Notes under the pieces: model-generated
Database searches by the model: none
Told to the model about the DNA's origin: nothing
Seen by the model: the letters and a program-made list of their open reading frames with translations, nothing else
Position numbers and translations under genes: made by a program
Source of the DNA: Macrostomum lignano
Taxonomy: Eukaryota
Direction of reading: 5' to 3'
NCBI GenBank assembly: GCA_002269645.1
Contig: NIVC01000382.1
Span: forward strand, 496,001-560,000
DNA: 64,000 nt
Shown here: piece by piece, positions 23,338 through 35,959 of the stretch
Layout of the letters: the number at the start of each line of letters is the position of its first letter
Position numbering within the stretch: the stretch's first letter is position 1

Positions 23338-26300
23338 CTAATCTCGTGTGAGAATCTCTGGATAAACGACGTTCTTTGTCGTGGTTCCCGGCATCCTGAC
23401 TCGGATATTCGCTGCATTCTTGGCTCGAGACAGAGCAGTGTAGAGCTGTCCGTGAGCAAAGCATCCCACAGTCAGGTCAATGCCGACAGTCTCCAAGCTC
23501 TGCCCCTGGGACTTGTGGATAGTCAGGCAAAAGCTTGGCTTCACCGGAAACTGCAGCCGTTTGAATGCTACGGGCAGGTCCGCGTTGTTCGGCACCAGAG
23601 GGATCCGCGGCAGCAGGATCTCATCGCCGGTGAACTGGCCGGCAGCCACTTTGCAGCGCAGCACGTTCTCGCCCAGCGCTAGGATAATGAGTCGGGTGCC
23701 GTTGCAAAGCCGCGGTGGGTTGAGGTTGCGCAGGAGCACAATTGGCATGCCAACTTTGAGTCTCAGCAGGTGCGTTGGAAAATTTGGCGCATCGAGCTGG
23801 TTCAGCAACTCTGGCGGGAAGTGAGTTGCCGAATCCTCGTCTGCAACGCTGTCGACTGATCGGTACTCGCGCTGTGTCCCAGGGAACATGGCCAGGCAGT
23901 GCTCATTGATGGCATTGACGGAGTCATTGTAGGGTGCCAGGATGGCTCTATTTGCAAAGTAGACCTCTCTCTCCGCCGAGGCCTCAAATGACGGATAAAC
24001 GAATTTGATAAGGTCCGTCAGGCTGGCCTCTGCTGGCAACAAGATCTCGGAAGGCAGCGAAATGTTTCCCTCCAAATCTTCTGGGACCAAACCAGAACCG
24101 ATCTGTGAACGAAAAACGGATAAAAGAGAAAGCAAAATTACGTTTCCAACATAAAGACTTGATAAGTATAATCATAAATAACAGTTGGTTTTAGATATCA
24201 AAAATCACTGGTTACGTAATCTATTATTAGAAAAGCCAGGTAGAAAATAAACAACCTACAGCAATCAAAAGTACGGTATAAAAAGTACAGTGTACATCCC
24301 ACCTGAATCAGAAGTCTCGAGTAGCGCTCATACAGTGCCGCATCGGAACTCCTCAGCAGCCGTATGTTGGTCCTCAGGCGATGCCGCTGAAACAATGGCC
24401 AAAACTTGGATCGGCTGACGCACGCAAACACGTTGTTGGCTCGCGTTCCGCTTTTCACGACAGGCAGCAGTTGTCGAAAGTCTCCGGAGCACACAATCAC
24501 AGCTCCACCGAAAGGGCGATCTTGCCTTCGTACGTCTCGCAGACTTCGTTCGACAGTCTCCAGGTCCTTCCGGTTGGCCATTGAAATCTCATCCCAGACG
24601 ATGAGCCGAACCGTCCGCAACACCGCTGCTTGCTTTGACTGCGAGCTAATCGAGCAGACGTCCTTCTCCGAGCGAACGAGTCGAACTGGGATCTTGAAAC
24701 TGGAGAGAATGAAATTGTGCACAGGCCATCAGAATTTTTTCTTGAATGTAAGCAATCAATTTTCTGAGATTGTTTCGGCAGATTGTGAAGCTGAAAAAAA
24801 TTACATACAACTTTTATATTTCTTTCTTTGAATTAATTTTAAAGAAAAATCAAAACCTCTAATCATGCCGTTATATAGATAGATTGCATGTACTATGCAC
24901 CAATACATGCAGAAAGTTAAATGTAGCAAAATTAAAAACCATGAAGTTTAAAACTCACGTGGAATGCGCCGTCTGTCCACCTGGTAGCAAAGTGGCTGCA
25001 ATGCCAGATGACGCTACGGCCAGGGCGACTTCTCCGCGGCTTCTTACAAACGCCAGCAAAACCTCTAGCAAATAGGTCTTCCCTGACCCAGCTGGAGCGT
25101 CCAGAAAATGCAGACCGCCAGAGCCGGCAATCAGATCGGCAGTCACTGCCTCGTACACGGCCCTCTGTTCGTCGGTCAGCGTTGGCAGGCGCGTCCTCGC
25201 TATCTCAGCCTGCTCGTCCGTGTCGAACTGCATCGGGCCTACTTGAGGCATGGCAGAGGCGGCCGGCAGCCCGTACTCTCGCAAGCTGCGACCGCCCATA
25301 GAGGTCAGCAGGCTTTGCAGCTCGCGCAACGTCATGTCGGTGACCTCTTCTGTACTTAGATCACGGTTGTGGTAGCGTAGATCTTCGCCAAGGTCCTCTG
25401 CGAATGCGTTCCACAGGTCCAGTCCGCTATCCGGCTCTCCCCAGATCAGAATGACAGCGAGTAGGTGCCTGAGGGCTCTTGGCATGCGAGATTGGACAGC
25501 CTCAGCCAGACATCGTTGCCAATGGTCGTCACGATGCAGCAGACCGAGTGCCATGCAGGCAGATTTGGCATCCGTGTGCAGCACTCCATCCACCGTGTGC
25601 AGCGACTTGAAGCTGGTGGGCCCTCGGACATGCAGGAGAAGCAGGCGCATGTAAAACAAGTCCCCTGCCCTCGGGCTCACCGTGTACATCCGAGAGATGT
25701 TCTTGCTGCGCTTCACACCAGGGTGACCTTCGACTTCGTCGCCCATCTTGCCTCGGCGCCACGCGCGCTCAGTTTGGTGCCAGACGAAATAGGACGGCAC
25801 CTCCGTGTAGAGCAGACGCCGAGCAAAAGCGTCACTGAGGCACAGCTTGAAGAATGCTGTCAGAGTCGAATCTCGAGGCGCTCTTGCTTTGGCCGCCGCG
25901 GTCTGCTCGTTGAAGTAGACAAGCTGCTCTCCCGGCTTGTGTACGCAGAGGCGAATGACCGGTGGGAAGCGGTTGTGCACCTGGGAGATGGTGGGAAATG
26001 GCGAAAGAGCTTTGGGAAGTAAATAAGTTAACACTCGGGAAACACAGCTTAAGTTTTGTCACTGCATAACTATGATGAAAGTTTGTAAGCCACAGTCAAA
26101 AAGATAATTACTTCAAAGCCCAAAATGGTATTCACAGCCTCCATGGGCCCGATGTAGCGACCAGACAGGTACTCATCAATTTCGTCTCGTGGCTCTTTGG
26201 CAGCCTTCTCATTGGCAGTGCGCTGCTGCTTGTTAGAAGCTATCGGCTGACTTTCAGCTGCAGCTGCAGGCGCCTGGGGTTTCGCTGAATTCTTAGCAGC

Positions 26301-29300
26301 GTCAACTTTGAAGGTTGCCATGTCGCCATTCTTGAGTAAATATTTAATGATGTACTTCACGGCTCGAACCGTCGCGCAAACTTCAACGTTCAGGTGGCAG
26401 TTGAACATGAGCAACAGCTCTCGATTATATGGCACGACCCACCTTGCGTTTTGAAGGGAATTCCGGGTTCGTTGCTTGTTAATAATTTTAAATGAATGCT
26501 TTAAATTCAAGATGGTAAATTTTTCAGCTAAGAAGAAGCTGAAAGAAGCAATGTTAGAATTTTCTGAACCAGAATAGTAAGAACTTAGCTGTTAAAATAG
26601 TGCTAAGACGGCCGGGCAGCTCACTCATGTGGAAATCCTCTTTTTCACTCACCTGTTGTCCATACGAATGGTTCGGCCCTTGCATAATTTGTCGACGGTG
26701 AAGCCGCCCATTTCTGGTGACAGTCTCCGATAAAACGGGTAACCGGTTTCGCTAGACATCGTCACCGACTGGAAGTCCTTCGGGAAGCCTTTGGTACACT
26801 TCCCCTTCTCCATGCAGGGACAGGCTGGGTTATCCGCCCCACATGGTCCGTGGATGAGGTGCGTCTTGACCAGCTCATGCAGCACGGGCTCAAGCTGTGG
26901 GTCTGGGATCTCCGCAGACACAAGCGCGTCGTACCGATCTGGAGTTACTCGGTGTCCGCTGGCCAGCCACAGTAGAAAGTGCACATGTGGAAGTCCTTCA
27001 GTGAAATGAAAGTCAAATCAGAAAAAATATTTACTGGAAGGGAGCATGCTAGAGCAAGGTAGAAACATCAGTGAGGCTTGAACTCAGCAGAAAGCAAAGT
27101 GTGTAATAAATAAGTTATTTCTGATCAACTGAACTCACCGCGCTTCTGGTATTCCAGAGAACAAACGTGCGCGGCTTCCACTCCAAAGCGATGTCTGAGC
27201 TCCGAGACGAGGGCCTTCTTCTTAAGCTCGAAGACACGAGTAACGATGTCAGGACGATCCTCTGGCCGCTGTCCTGGCAACAGTTCAGCGGTGATCTCTG
27301 GCCACTTCGGATTGCAAGTCGCCGTCACGAACAGATCCGGCTTGCCGAATTTCTGAACGTAAGTCATGGCGTCCTGGAGCCGCTCCATCAGATATCGCGG
27401 TCCGCCCACGAAGCTTGAGGAGAGAAACACGGGCGCCTGCTTTCCAATTTCCTTCGGCTCCTTGCCAGTGTGCAGTCCATCAGCTGCAAACAGGGCATCA
27501 CGCAACCCACTGTAGGTCTCGCTGCGAAGGTCGTCCTGATGAGTACGCAAATAAAGAAGCCTCTCCGACTCGATCTTGGCCGCCTGATCCACCAGGTACT
27601 GCTGAAACAGCCGCCGGCCGTGGTGCAGCACGTTGAACTGGTCGGCTCGCACCATGATCTCGCTGGCGTAATACTTCATGGGAGTCAGTTTGCGGCCATT
27701 GGTCATGCGAAGCTCGGGATGCCAGCCGCTCTCTCCGTTCGGAAACAGAAGGACGTACTCTAGCGGATCGTATGATCTGTGTGTCTCAGAAATGCGCTTG
27801 GTGTCACCTCCTCGCAGTTGGATGACGACTTCACGACTGTTCGGTGCTTCCTCAGCATCCCCGACAATTAGGATTCCGACCTCGTTTGCCGTGGGCAGAT
27901 TGTACCGCCTTATTGTGGACAGATGGGGTTTCAATCAAATTTATTATACTATATTAGAAGATTCTACTAAAATATCCATGTTTGAAAAATGCAGCTTACC
28001 GAATGTGTTCACCAGCCGGGCGTCGATCTGGGTAAATCACAATCCGCGCATCGCACAGCTGAGGATCTTCGCTGATTCGCTGCGCTGCAGCCCGCAGACT
28101 CCGCACATAGGAATTGCACTCGTGAAGCAATCCTTGCAGCAACTGCAGCAGCTCAGGCTTCACTCTTTGGCTGAGGCTAAGGCGGCTTTCGAGCTCGCGG
28201 TCCATAAAGTACACCTGCCAGCCCCTAGGCGCATTCGGAGCATCAGCTAGCAGCGGCGCAGTGTTGTGGTACAACTTTCCGCTGATCACAAAGCTCGGGT
28301 TCCAACCACCAGGCGTGGGTCGCAGATCAGCACCGAATGACGTCAGGTGCAGAACCGAGTTATAGCTCCTGATGTTGGCCAGGAACTCCTTGCTCTTCTC
28401 ATGCCTTCCGGTGTACAGGTCAGCCAACACTGGCGGAACAGTCCGGACAGGCAATTTCACTTTGCCCTTGGCGCAGCAAAACTCGGCTTCCTTGTCCCAG
28501 CGCAATGCGCCGCAGAACTTGCACACAGAATTCATGCGGCCACACTGATGGGTCGGCACTTCTGGTCTTGGCTGGTCGGAGTTCCTGCAATAAATTTTCG
28601 GCAGAGTGTCAGTTAATTTTATTAACATTATTTTTCCAGTCACTGAAAGTGTCTCTTTAGAGTAAGTTAAAGTTAAGAATTATATGAGACTACGCATAGA
28701 AAAAATAGCGGACGAAATTGAGTAAAAAAATCAAGTTAGCCGCTGGGAGGTTTAAGCACCTGATTATGTGAGAATGAACGGAACAATTATTTTCTATGTA
28801 AAAACTGTTATAAAAACCTCAATAAGCATGCCTGCTTAAGTATCGTTTGTGGCTCACTTTTCTGATCCCTGTCCTTTAGTGGGATTACTATAAAGAGTAA
28901 AAACTTGTTTAGCATGATCGCCGCCCTTCAGACATTACCTCTGCTGAGCTTCCGCTTCGTTTCCAGCTTGAGTCTCCGCACGAGCGCCAGGAGCAGAAGT
29001 AGCAGCAGCTGAGCCAGCAGGTCTCTTGCGCCAGTTGACTCTGGTTCTTGCAGCAGGTGCTCTGCTTGCAGCTGGAACGGGGAACTCCCGGTCCTCCATA
29101 GGCTCTATTCCCTGCAAAGGATCTCGGAGTCTCAGAGATTCATAGTGCTCATTGCTCAGAACCAGGCGCACAACAGCCAGAGGAGGCTGCGCGAAGGACA
29201 TAAAGTGCTGCAGCACACTTCCATTGCGCTGGTAAATAACCAGGTCAACCGGAAAGCAGCGACTTAAAAGGGGCACGATTTCATCAGGCACATAAGTTCC

Positions 29301-30245
29301 CTCTGTAAATGAAGCTTCGATTATGGCATCCGCATTCTCTGGGAAAACAAAGCCTTCGACAATCAACTGTGGCACCAGCTCTGCCGCGCGGCTTGACAAA
29401 TTGTGCCTCAATGAAGCAGCATCGGTTTCAAGTGCGGTGCCTCGCAACTGATCACAAACAGCGTGAAAAAAACAATTTCCATCACCGGCTATGGGAACTA
29501 TGCTCAATTGATTAAAAGATACCTGAGCCGCTGCTGCTGGTTCACTATTTTCCTGTCTAAAATTGAGAGGGAAAATGGTCAGTCAAATAAAAAATTGTGA
29601 CTGAAGATATGTAAGGGGCTGAAGTGATAAAGGTAAATTATATTTTGCAGGTCTTACTTAAGTATTCTTAATGAAATCTGCTTAAACTAAATGCAAAATG
29701 CAAAAATTCAAGGTAATACAGAACGATGCAATCATCAGCTATACAAAAAGAAAAAAAGAGACCAGAGAAAAACGGTGCAGTTTAAATCAACAAAAGCAGA
29801 AGAGTAACCGTTATAGGTATAGATCAGCAGACTTACCTCGAAGCCCAAATGCTCCGGCGACGTAATAGCTCAGCCTCGAGACGATCCAAACGCTCGTATC
29901 CTGTTTCGGAAGCACGGCGGTCAGCTTCTCGCTGCCGCATGTCTTCCAGGCGGGCAGCTCTCTCGGTGTCAGTCTCGCAGGCTCGGTTGGCAGCAATCCT
30001 CTGCCGCAGCTCCTCGAGCCGAGCAGCTCTCTCAGCGTCAGTCTCGCAAGCCCGGCGCTCTGCGTCCCGCTGTCGCAGCTCCTCGAGCCGAGCAGCTCTC
30101 TGGGCGTCAGTCTCACGGGCTCGGCGCTCTGAGTCCCGCTGCCGTCGTGTTTCCAAACGGGCTTCGCGCTCAGCGCTAGATTCTTCACGTCGCCTTTTTT
30201 TGCCTCACGGCTTTTCTTTAAATGACTTGCTCCACGGCGACCCAT
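23338..30245 (-). CDS. Helitron RepHel transposase: STPR repeats + OTU protease + Zn finger + HUH Rep + PIF1 helicase; 9 exons, 1746 aa if one A is added at the A7 run (30195-30201)
   Basis: Exons 30245-29837, 29556-28939, 28584-28000, 27908-27139, 26995-26653, 26442-26112, 25980-24959, 24699-24303, 24102-23338. All 8 introns are GT-AG with matching phases, and splicing rebuilds canonical motifs across junctions: EHIR|RYNLP, EYQKRG|LPHVH (HUH), DNR|WVVPYN, KYIIKY (Y2), GFE|VHNR, DAPAGSGKT (Walker A), TAHS|TFKIP, VWDEISM, GDFRQLLPV, TIHKSQGQS, HGQLYTALSR. Exon sum 5240+1 = 1747 codons. Confidence 0.93.
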
Positions 30246-30350
30246 AGCTATTATTGATACTTAGTAAGTACGGATAGAAATATACGAAATACGGTAGAAA
30301 AAGAATACGGAATAAAAGTTTAATCTAGTTTTAATAGTAGTTGCTACTTT

Positions 30351-31000
30351 TTACAAATACAATTATACAACTGCGGTACTAAAGTATGAATGAATAATTA
30401 CAAATATAATTATACAACTGCGGTACTAAAGTATGAATGAATAATTACAAATATAATTATACAACTGCGGTACTAAAGTATGAATGAATAATTACAAATA
30501 TAATTATACAACTGCGGTACTAAAGTATGAATGAATAATTACAAATATAATTATACAACTGCGGTACTAAAGTATGAATGAATAATTACAAATATAATTA
30601 TACAACTGCGGTACTAAAGTATGAATGAATAATTACAAATATAATTATACAACTGCGGTACTAAAGTATGAATGAATAATTACAAATATAATTATACAAC
30701 TGCGGTACTAAAGTATGAATGAATAATTACAAATATAATTATACAACTGCGGTACTAAAGTATGAATGAATAATTACAAATATAATTATACAACTGCGGT
30801 ACTAAAGTATGAATGAATAATTACAAATATAATTATACAACTGCGGTACTAAAGTATGAATGAATAATTACAAATATAATTATACAACTGCGGTACTAAA
30901 GTATGAATGAATAATTACAAATATAATTATACAACTGCGGTACTAAAGTATGAATGAATAATTACAAATATAATTATACAACTGCGGTACTAAAGTATGA
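30351..31000. repeat. Perfect 47-bp tandem array TTATACAACTGCGGTACTAAAGTATGAATGAATAATTACAAATATAA, about 14 copies, upstream of the RepHel ATG
   Basis: CTGCGG recurs every 47 nt from 30371 to 30982; units are essentially identical, with no spacers. Confidence 0.97.
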
Positions 31001-32112
31001 AATGAATGAAGTAGAATGTAATAATATTTCAATGTACTAAAGTATGAAATTAGTTAATGTATATAAGGCGATTCATAGATAATTAGTATCAGATACCAGA
31101 AGATATCCCAGTTCAAGAGGCAGGCTAAAGTCTTGCCTTAAAAGCACATTCAATGAAATGAAATGTGCGCGGCAATTTCAATGAATTGAGCGCTCGTGAC
31201 TCCAGTGTTTGGGGTTTCAAATATGTACATCTGTCCTGAGCTAAAAAGCTTATCGCTAATTCAGCGTCTGGATACGGCACGCTGAGTAAGCTAAGGTAAT
31301 AATTATATTGAATTCAATATCAACCAAGAGCATATAAGTATTGGAATTTATTACGCAACACTGAGCAGACCCTCCTTGCTTTATCAATGGCTCTGGCTTG
31401 AATTGTGGAGTTGCTATAAAGTAGGGGTTTGCGATATGGGGGAGCGTACAATGAGTATATAAAGTAAAATTCATAGGAATCCTCTTTTTAATGCTGTGCT
31501 TTTAATTTTTCGAATCTCAGCATAGAAATTATATTCCCGAACTCAGCGTTTCTAGCTCTTTCCAGCAATACAAGGCTCTCTTCTGAAAGTAAAAAACTCG
31601 AAGCACAATGATTGAACATTCCTGCTACGAGTATAAAGCATTCAAATTCAAAAGGTGTACATTCAGCGCCAGCTACAGTAAGAGGCCTGCAAGTTGATGC
31701 ATTGAAATTAACAACCAAGCCAATGCCCAGGACAAATTGAATAGCGACACCCGCCCCTCAATTTCGATAACTAACAGGTGTTGCGCAACCTTTCAACGCT
31801 TGTAGCTCTCCACGCGAGTGTAGAGAACCAATGCTATAGTTGGCACTGAGTTATGATGCAATACAATTCCATCGGCAGTCAGACTGCTTCTCAATCGGAA
31901 AGAACTGTTTGAACTTTAAAAAACAGGGAGAAAATCGAGTTTTTCGAATATTTAAGCCCGAAAAAATGAAGCAATTTCTTAGCAAAATTTTGTGTACCAG
32001 CGCACCATCAATACGCATCGAATGCAGAAAACCCCACGAAATTTCGACCATGTAGAGTCAAGTAAAGCGAAGATTCCTATAGGTACATAGTTTTGATTTT
32101 TAGTATATTGGA

Positions 32113-35100
32113 CTAGCCAATTCCAACCCCCGTTGGGGCTTTCGTCCAAACTCCAACTACAGTTTTCCCCATCCACAAAATCCCCGATGCAAAGAATCTC
32201 ACATGCAAAGAATCCCCTATCCAAAGAGCCCCCATCGATAGAATCACAGATCCGAAGAATTCCCCATTCAAAGAATCCTCCCATTTGAAGAATTCCCCAT
32301 CCAATGAATCTCCTACTCAAGAAATCTCCCATCTACAGAAGCCCCCTATATAAAGAATCCCCATCCAATGAATCTCCTACTCAAGAAATCCCCCATCTAC
32401 AGAAGCCCCCTATATAAAGAATCCCCATCCAATGAATCCCTCATCCACAGAATCCCCTATCCAAAGAATCCAAAAACCCGATTCAAAGATCCACAGAATT
32501 CCCCTATCCATCCCTATCCAAAGAATCCCCCATCCATCCCTATCCAAATAATTTCCCCATCAATTCATATGATCATATGATCATATGATAATTCACATCA
32601 TAATCCTAATCTACAGAATCCGCATCCAAATAATCCATAGATATCCCATCTAAATATTCCCCCACCAAAAAAAAATAATTAGCCAAAGTATTCCCTTATC
32701 TAAAGAACCCCGTCCAAATAATCCCCATCCAAAGAATCCAAAGAATATCTCATCCAAATAATCCCAGCATCAATAGAATTATTGGCCAAAGAATCCCCTC
32801 ATCTAAAAAAACCCGTCCAAATATCCCCCATCTAAAGAATCCTTCATCTAGAGAATCGCCTATTCAAAAAATCCACCATCGGAACAATGCCTTATCGAAG
32901 GAATTCCCTAATGAATCACCTATCCAAAGATATCCATTAAAAGCATCCCTCATCCAAAGAATCATCAATCCATAGAATTCCCCCCAAGACTTAACATCTC
33001 AGCAATTCCCTCAAGCCTCGACACCTCAGAAATTCCTCAAGCATTGACATTTCAGCAATTCAGGCGCAAGCCGTGAGATGTTAGCAATTTCTCCCCCGTC
33101 CAAAGCCTTGGCATCTCAGGAACTCCCTCTTGAGCCTTGACGTCTCAGCGATTCCCCCCAAGCTTTGACATCTGAGCAAGTCCCTCTTAAGCCTTGGCAT
33201 CTCAGCAATGGGGGCGCTTCATAAGACCTAAATTTCACAACGCCTAAAGCACATGACTTCAGATAAAACCCGATACAAAAAATCCCTTTCCAAAGAATCC
33301 CTCATCTAAAGAATCCCCTATCCAAAGAATCCAAAGAATCCCTCATCTAAAAAATCCCCTATCCAAAGAATCCAAAGAATCCCCCTATCCATCCCTATCC
33401 AAAGAATCCCCCCATCCATTCATAACCAAACAATCCCCATTCATCCCTATTCAAAGAATCTCCCTCCAAAGAATCCCAATCCAAATATTCCACATCCAAG
33501 TAATCAAAGATTCTAACATCCAAATAAACCCCCATCAAAAGAATTATTGGCCAAAAAATCCCCTCATCTAAAGAACCCCCGTCAAAACAATCCCCATCCA
33601 AAGAATCCGCCTCCAATCCCCATTCAAAGAATCCCCCATCGACAGAATCCGCATCCAAAGAATCCAAAGAATCTCCCATCCAAATAATCCCCCTATCAAT
33701 AGAATCCTAGGCCAAAGAATCTCCCCACATCTAAAGAATCCCCACCCAAACAATCCCATATCCAAAGGATCTTTTTATCGAAAGAATTCCTTCATCTAAA
33801 GAATCCCCCATCAAGGAATTCACCAATGAATCACCTATATCTAAAGATATCCATTAGCAGCACCCCTCACCGAAAGAATCCCAAATCCATGGAATTCCTT
33901 CCCCCAAGACTTGAAGGACTTGAAATCTCAGGAATTCCCCCCAAGACTTGACGTCTCAAAAATTCTCATAAATTCTCCCCAAGCCTTGACATCTCAGCAA
34001 TTCCCTCTTAACCCTTGACGTCGCAGCGATTTCCTCCTAAGCCTTGACATCTCAGAAATCCCCCCATTAAGCCTTTATATCTCAGAAATTTCCACCAAGC
34101 CTTAACATCTCAGTAACCCCCCCCCCCTAAGGCTTGACATCTCAGGATTTCCCATTTAAAGCATTGACATCTCAGCAATGCCCCTCCCAAGACTTGTCAT
34201 CTCAGCAATTCCATTTTAAGTCTTGACGTCTCAGCAATTCCCTCCCCCAAGCTTTGACATCTCAGTAATTCCACCTATAAGCCTTTATATCTGAGTGATT
34301 CCTCCAGTAAGTCTTCACATCTTAGCAATTTCTCCCCCCCCCCTCCAAAGCCTTGACATCTCAGTAATTCCCTCATAAGCCTTTGCATCTCAGCAATTTC
34401 TTCTTAAGCCTTGGCATCTCAGTAATTCCCTCAGTAAGCCTTTACATCTCCGTCATTTCTCCCGGTAAGTCTTGACATCTTAGCAATCTCCCCCAAGCAA
34501 GCATCTCCCAAGAGCAAGCGTCCTTCCGATAGCAAGCATCCCCAGGAAGAAAGTAGCTACCCCCAGAAAGATAGTGAAGCAATTTCGTCAGCTGGTACAA
34601 TAATTAATTTCTTGTCTGATGGAATAATCCTTTTTAAAATTTGAAGGTTAATCCACCAGCTAAAATTTTAGTAAAAAACTTCTACACTCTAAAAATTCGA
34701 ACCCACGCCGCTGCATTAACAGTTTAGTCTGTTTACCTCTAGGCTAGCTCTCATCGTTTTGATAACATGAATTGTAGCAGTTACATAATTCAACACTTTC
34801 AAAACTCCAAGCATAGAGTAAATCACACGAAGCAGTTATGACATAATCAATTTCTCAGGCAGTCTGTATCAGTTTCAATTAAAGTCAACAATATGGTTAC
34901 GCAATCTAAATCTAAATCAAATGGCGCTGGCTTGAATCGTGGAGTAGGGGTTTGCGATATGGGAGAGTGTACAATGACTATATAAAGTGAAAAGCATAGA
35001 AATCTTCTTTTCAATGCTGTGCTTTTAATTTTTCGAATTTCAGCAAACAAATTATATTCCCGAACTCAGCGTTTCTAGCTCTTTCCAGCAATACAAGGCT

Positions 35101-35617
35101 CTCTTCTGAAAGTGAAAAACTCGAAGCACAAACAACGATTGACCATTCTTGCTTTAAAGCATTTAAATTCATAAGGTGTACATTCAACGCCAGCTACAGT
35201 GAGAGGCCTGCAAGTTGATGCATTGAAATTAACAACCAAGGAAATGCCCAGGACTAATTGAATAGCGACACCCGCCCCTCAATTTCAATAACTAAAAAGG
35301 TGTTGCACAACCTTTCAACCCTTGTAGCTCTCCACGCGAGCGTAGAGAACTGAGTTATGATGCAATAGAATTCCATCGGCAGTCAGAATGCTTCTGAATC
35401 GGAAAAAACTGTTTGAACTTTAAAAAAACGGGGCAAAAATCGAGTTTTTCGAATATTTAATCCCGAAAAAATGAAGCAATTTCTTAGCAAAATTTCGTGT
35501 ACCAGCGCGCCATCAATACGCATCGAATGCAGAAAACCCCATGAAATTCCGACCATGTAGAGCCAAGTTAAACTAAGGTTCCTATAGGTACATAGTTTTG
35601 ATTTTTAGTATATTGGA
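32113..35617 (-). mobile_element. Non-autonomous Helitron, unit D (3505 bp), sharing both end regions with unit C
   Basis: A|TCCAATATACTAAAAATC at 35617. 3' hairpin AGCCCC-AAC-GGGGGTT, then GGAATTGGCTAG ending at 32113, abutting the TC of unit C. 34940-35617 is near-identical to 31400-32112. Confidence 0.88.
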
Positions 35618-35629
35618 TGTAAATGGCCT

Positions 35630-35959
35630 CTAAAGACTGCAGAAATCAATAATGTTAAACAAGTCGAGTGGGTTGCTGTTACAACATGAATCACACGTGA
35701 GCAGGTGTTCCTGGATGGCTGATCTTTTAGTCCCATTCTCCTTGACCCGTGTGTACAGGCGTCGCTTCGTTTTCCCTATGTTAAAGATACTCTGGTTATC
35801 ATAGCACTGAAACTTATAAAAAACAAAATTTGCAGTAAGTGGTCGACGGACACGGGATTTCAACCTGCAGACTTGAGATGCTGCAGATAGTGAGACACCT
35901 GATCCTGAGCTGAATGAATAAACTTTTTTGAACGGTTTTTTCATATTGTAAAACTCCAT
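35630..35959 (-). mobile_element. Penelope-like retroelement GIY-YIG endonuclease remnant
   Basis: LKSRV...FVFYKFQC...NIGKTKRRLYTRVKEN...SAIQEHLLTC matches the PLE endonuclease pattern VYKxxC...YIGxTxRxLxxRxxEH...SAxxxH. Confidence 0.75.

Larger units (their letters stand above)
21753..32112 (-). mobile_element. Autonomous-type Helitron, unit C (10.4 kb), lacking its last ~70 nt (no hairpin or CTAG)
   Basis: 5' TCCAATATACTAAAAATC at 32112. Contains the RepHel gene. Its 3' AAAGAATCCCC-repeat region (21753-22230) matches the subterminal region of unit D (32190 onward) but stops short of the terminator. Confidence 0.9.

Noticed and set aside
30351-31000. Regular 47-bp array as a CRISPR array
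   Set aside because: Units are contiguous and identical with no unique spacers, there are no cas genes, and the DNA is eukaryotic.
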